Translations under genes and position numbers: made by a program | Notes under the pieces: generated by a model | Seen by the model: only the letters and a program-made list of their open reading frames with translations | Databases searched by the model: none | Told to the model about the DNA's origin: nothing | Source of the DNA: Basidiobolus meristosporus CBS 931.73 | Taxonomy: Eukaryota > Fungi > Basidiobolomycota | Reading direction: 5' to 3' | Assembly (NCBI GenBank): GCA_002104905.1 | Contig: MCFE01000442.1 | Coordinates: 10,231-74,230 of the forward strand | DNA: 64,000 nucleotides | In this document: piece by piece, positions 62,664 to 64,000 of the stretch | How positions within the stretch are numbered: position 1 is the stretch's first letter | How the letters are laid out: the number at the start of each line of letters is the position of its first letter

Positions 62664-64000
62664 TAAGTTAAGGTTTGTTTCCAATGGGGTAGCTGCCAGT
62701 TTACAGTCTTCCATTTGGTACTTCTTTAGTATATCTTGAATATACTTGGATTGACTTAGGATGATAGTCTGGGTACTTCTGTCTATGGAGAACTTAATCC
62801 CTAAGTAGTAACTAAGTTCTCCTAGATTAGACATCTTGAACTTCCTTAGATAGGCTGGATTTAGTCTCTTCCAATGTTTCTAGGTTATTGGAGGCTATAA
62901 TAAGAACATCCACATATAGAGCTAATAGAACTGGATTTGCTCTATCTGGCCTATAGTATATACTATAGCATTACTTCTTTTGAAACTCAAAGATTCCAAA
63001 TAAGAATCTATCTTGCAATTACAGGCTCTTGGTGGTTGTTTGAGACCATATAGTGACTTTTAAGCTTGCAGACCAAATGGGGGTTATCTTGGTCAGCAAA
63101 CCCATCAGGCTGGTCCATATACATGTCCTCATCAAATTCCCCACTCAAAATGCAGTATTTACATCCATTTGATGAACAAAAAACTTATACTTGGCTGCAA
63201 TAGCCAATTTTAATCTGATGGAATTAAATTTGGCTACTGGTGCAAAGGTCTCAGTATAGTCAAGTCCTTTTGTTTGATTGGTAATTTGACTAAGTCCCAA
63301 GTTTGATTTTCCATCAGGGCCTGATATTCCTCAGTCATTTGCAGATCTCCAAAACTTTGTCTGAGGGCTATTTAGGGCCTCTTTTACAGTCTGGGGCTCA
63401 TCAATATGGACTGAATAGGCATAGGCTAAGTTTGTACCTTCATTGATATTGTAATTTGGGCTATTTCTTGTCTGATTGGATCTCCAGGCATTTGGTACTG
63501 GAATGATCACTTCTGGGATATTCCAGGGCACTGATTCTGGCTGAACCATGGTTGTAGAGTCCTCTGGAGTGAAAAAATTTTCATTGTTTTGCTCTGATTC
63601 AAACCTGACAATTGGTGGACTTGAAATCAAATTTTTGTCACCATCTGATGTCATTTTTTGTGAAAGTTTTGAATTTTCATCAAGCAACACATCCCTGGAC
63701 TTGATCAGCTCTTTGCTTAGGTATTGTAAAGTCTGTATGCCTTACTCTCACTGCAGTAGGCCAAAAATATGCATTTTACACTTTTTGGCTCAAATTTTGA
63801 CTGATTTCCGGCCAGTTTTTTGGCATATGCTGTACACCCAAATATTCTTAGATGTTCTGCACTTGGTCTGTATCCATGCCATGCTTCAAATGGAGTAGAA
63901 TCACAAAGTATTCTGTTATAACTCCTATTTTTAAGGTATACAGCAGTGGCAACTGATTCCGCCCAAAAATCATAGGATAATTTTTGATCATGGATCATAG
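62664..64000 (-). mobile_element. Partial copia copy (integrase end to RT) running off the window, with internal deletions
   Basis: Colinear with ~58130-59570 of the full element, with a ~100-nt deletion near 63280 and several small frameshifts. Confidence 0.93.

Noticed and set aside
56367-62700. Idea that the RT fragments at 56367-56653 and 62664 onward are two halves of one disrupted copy
   Set aside because: They are nearly colinear but about 100 nt is missing, there is no TSD, and the left piece is clearly more diverged.

Overview
Eukaryotic, intron-rich fungal DNA. Most introns are about 50-80 nt, GT-AG, with CTAAC/CTGAC branch points. Gene content suggests an early-diverging fungus (Zoopagomycota/Mucoromycota-like; this is inference). 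There are about 18 protein-coding genes: an atypical kinase with a bromodomain-like region, Hikeshi/OPI10, a C2H2 zinc-finger factor, RSP5, a Yck-type casein kinase I, a FLVCR-type MFS transporter, PHO88, RPS12, a secreted tyrosinase, a LITAF protein, a 7TM-RGS protein, RNA14, FKS1, eIF4A, an R3H-SUZ protein, TFB3, GPI2, MRPL15 and POM33. The window also holds decayed Ty3/gypsy remnants (about 6.3-11.3 kb) and two AT-rich islands (11.5-13.6 kb and 54.7-64 kb) built almost entirely from one Ty1/copia family, including a near full-length copy at 57044-61724. Most notable observations: (1) the copia family has repeatedly inserted into copies of itself. All four TSD-flanked insertions with an identifiable host are antiparallel, and two fall at the same 5 bp of the LTR. 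(2) The kinase lacks the beta3 lysine but has a lysine at the WNK-type glycine-loop position. (3) A C/D-box snoRNA resembling SNORD100 lies in a 3'-UTR intron of RPS12. (4) RNA14 has a long first coding intron containing AATAAA, suggesting autoregulatory intronic polyadenylation. (5) FKS1 hot spot 1 has Tyr at the F639-equivalent position. No rRNA, tRNA or CRISPR array was recognised. Exon boundaries were read by eye and some are approximate.
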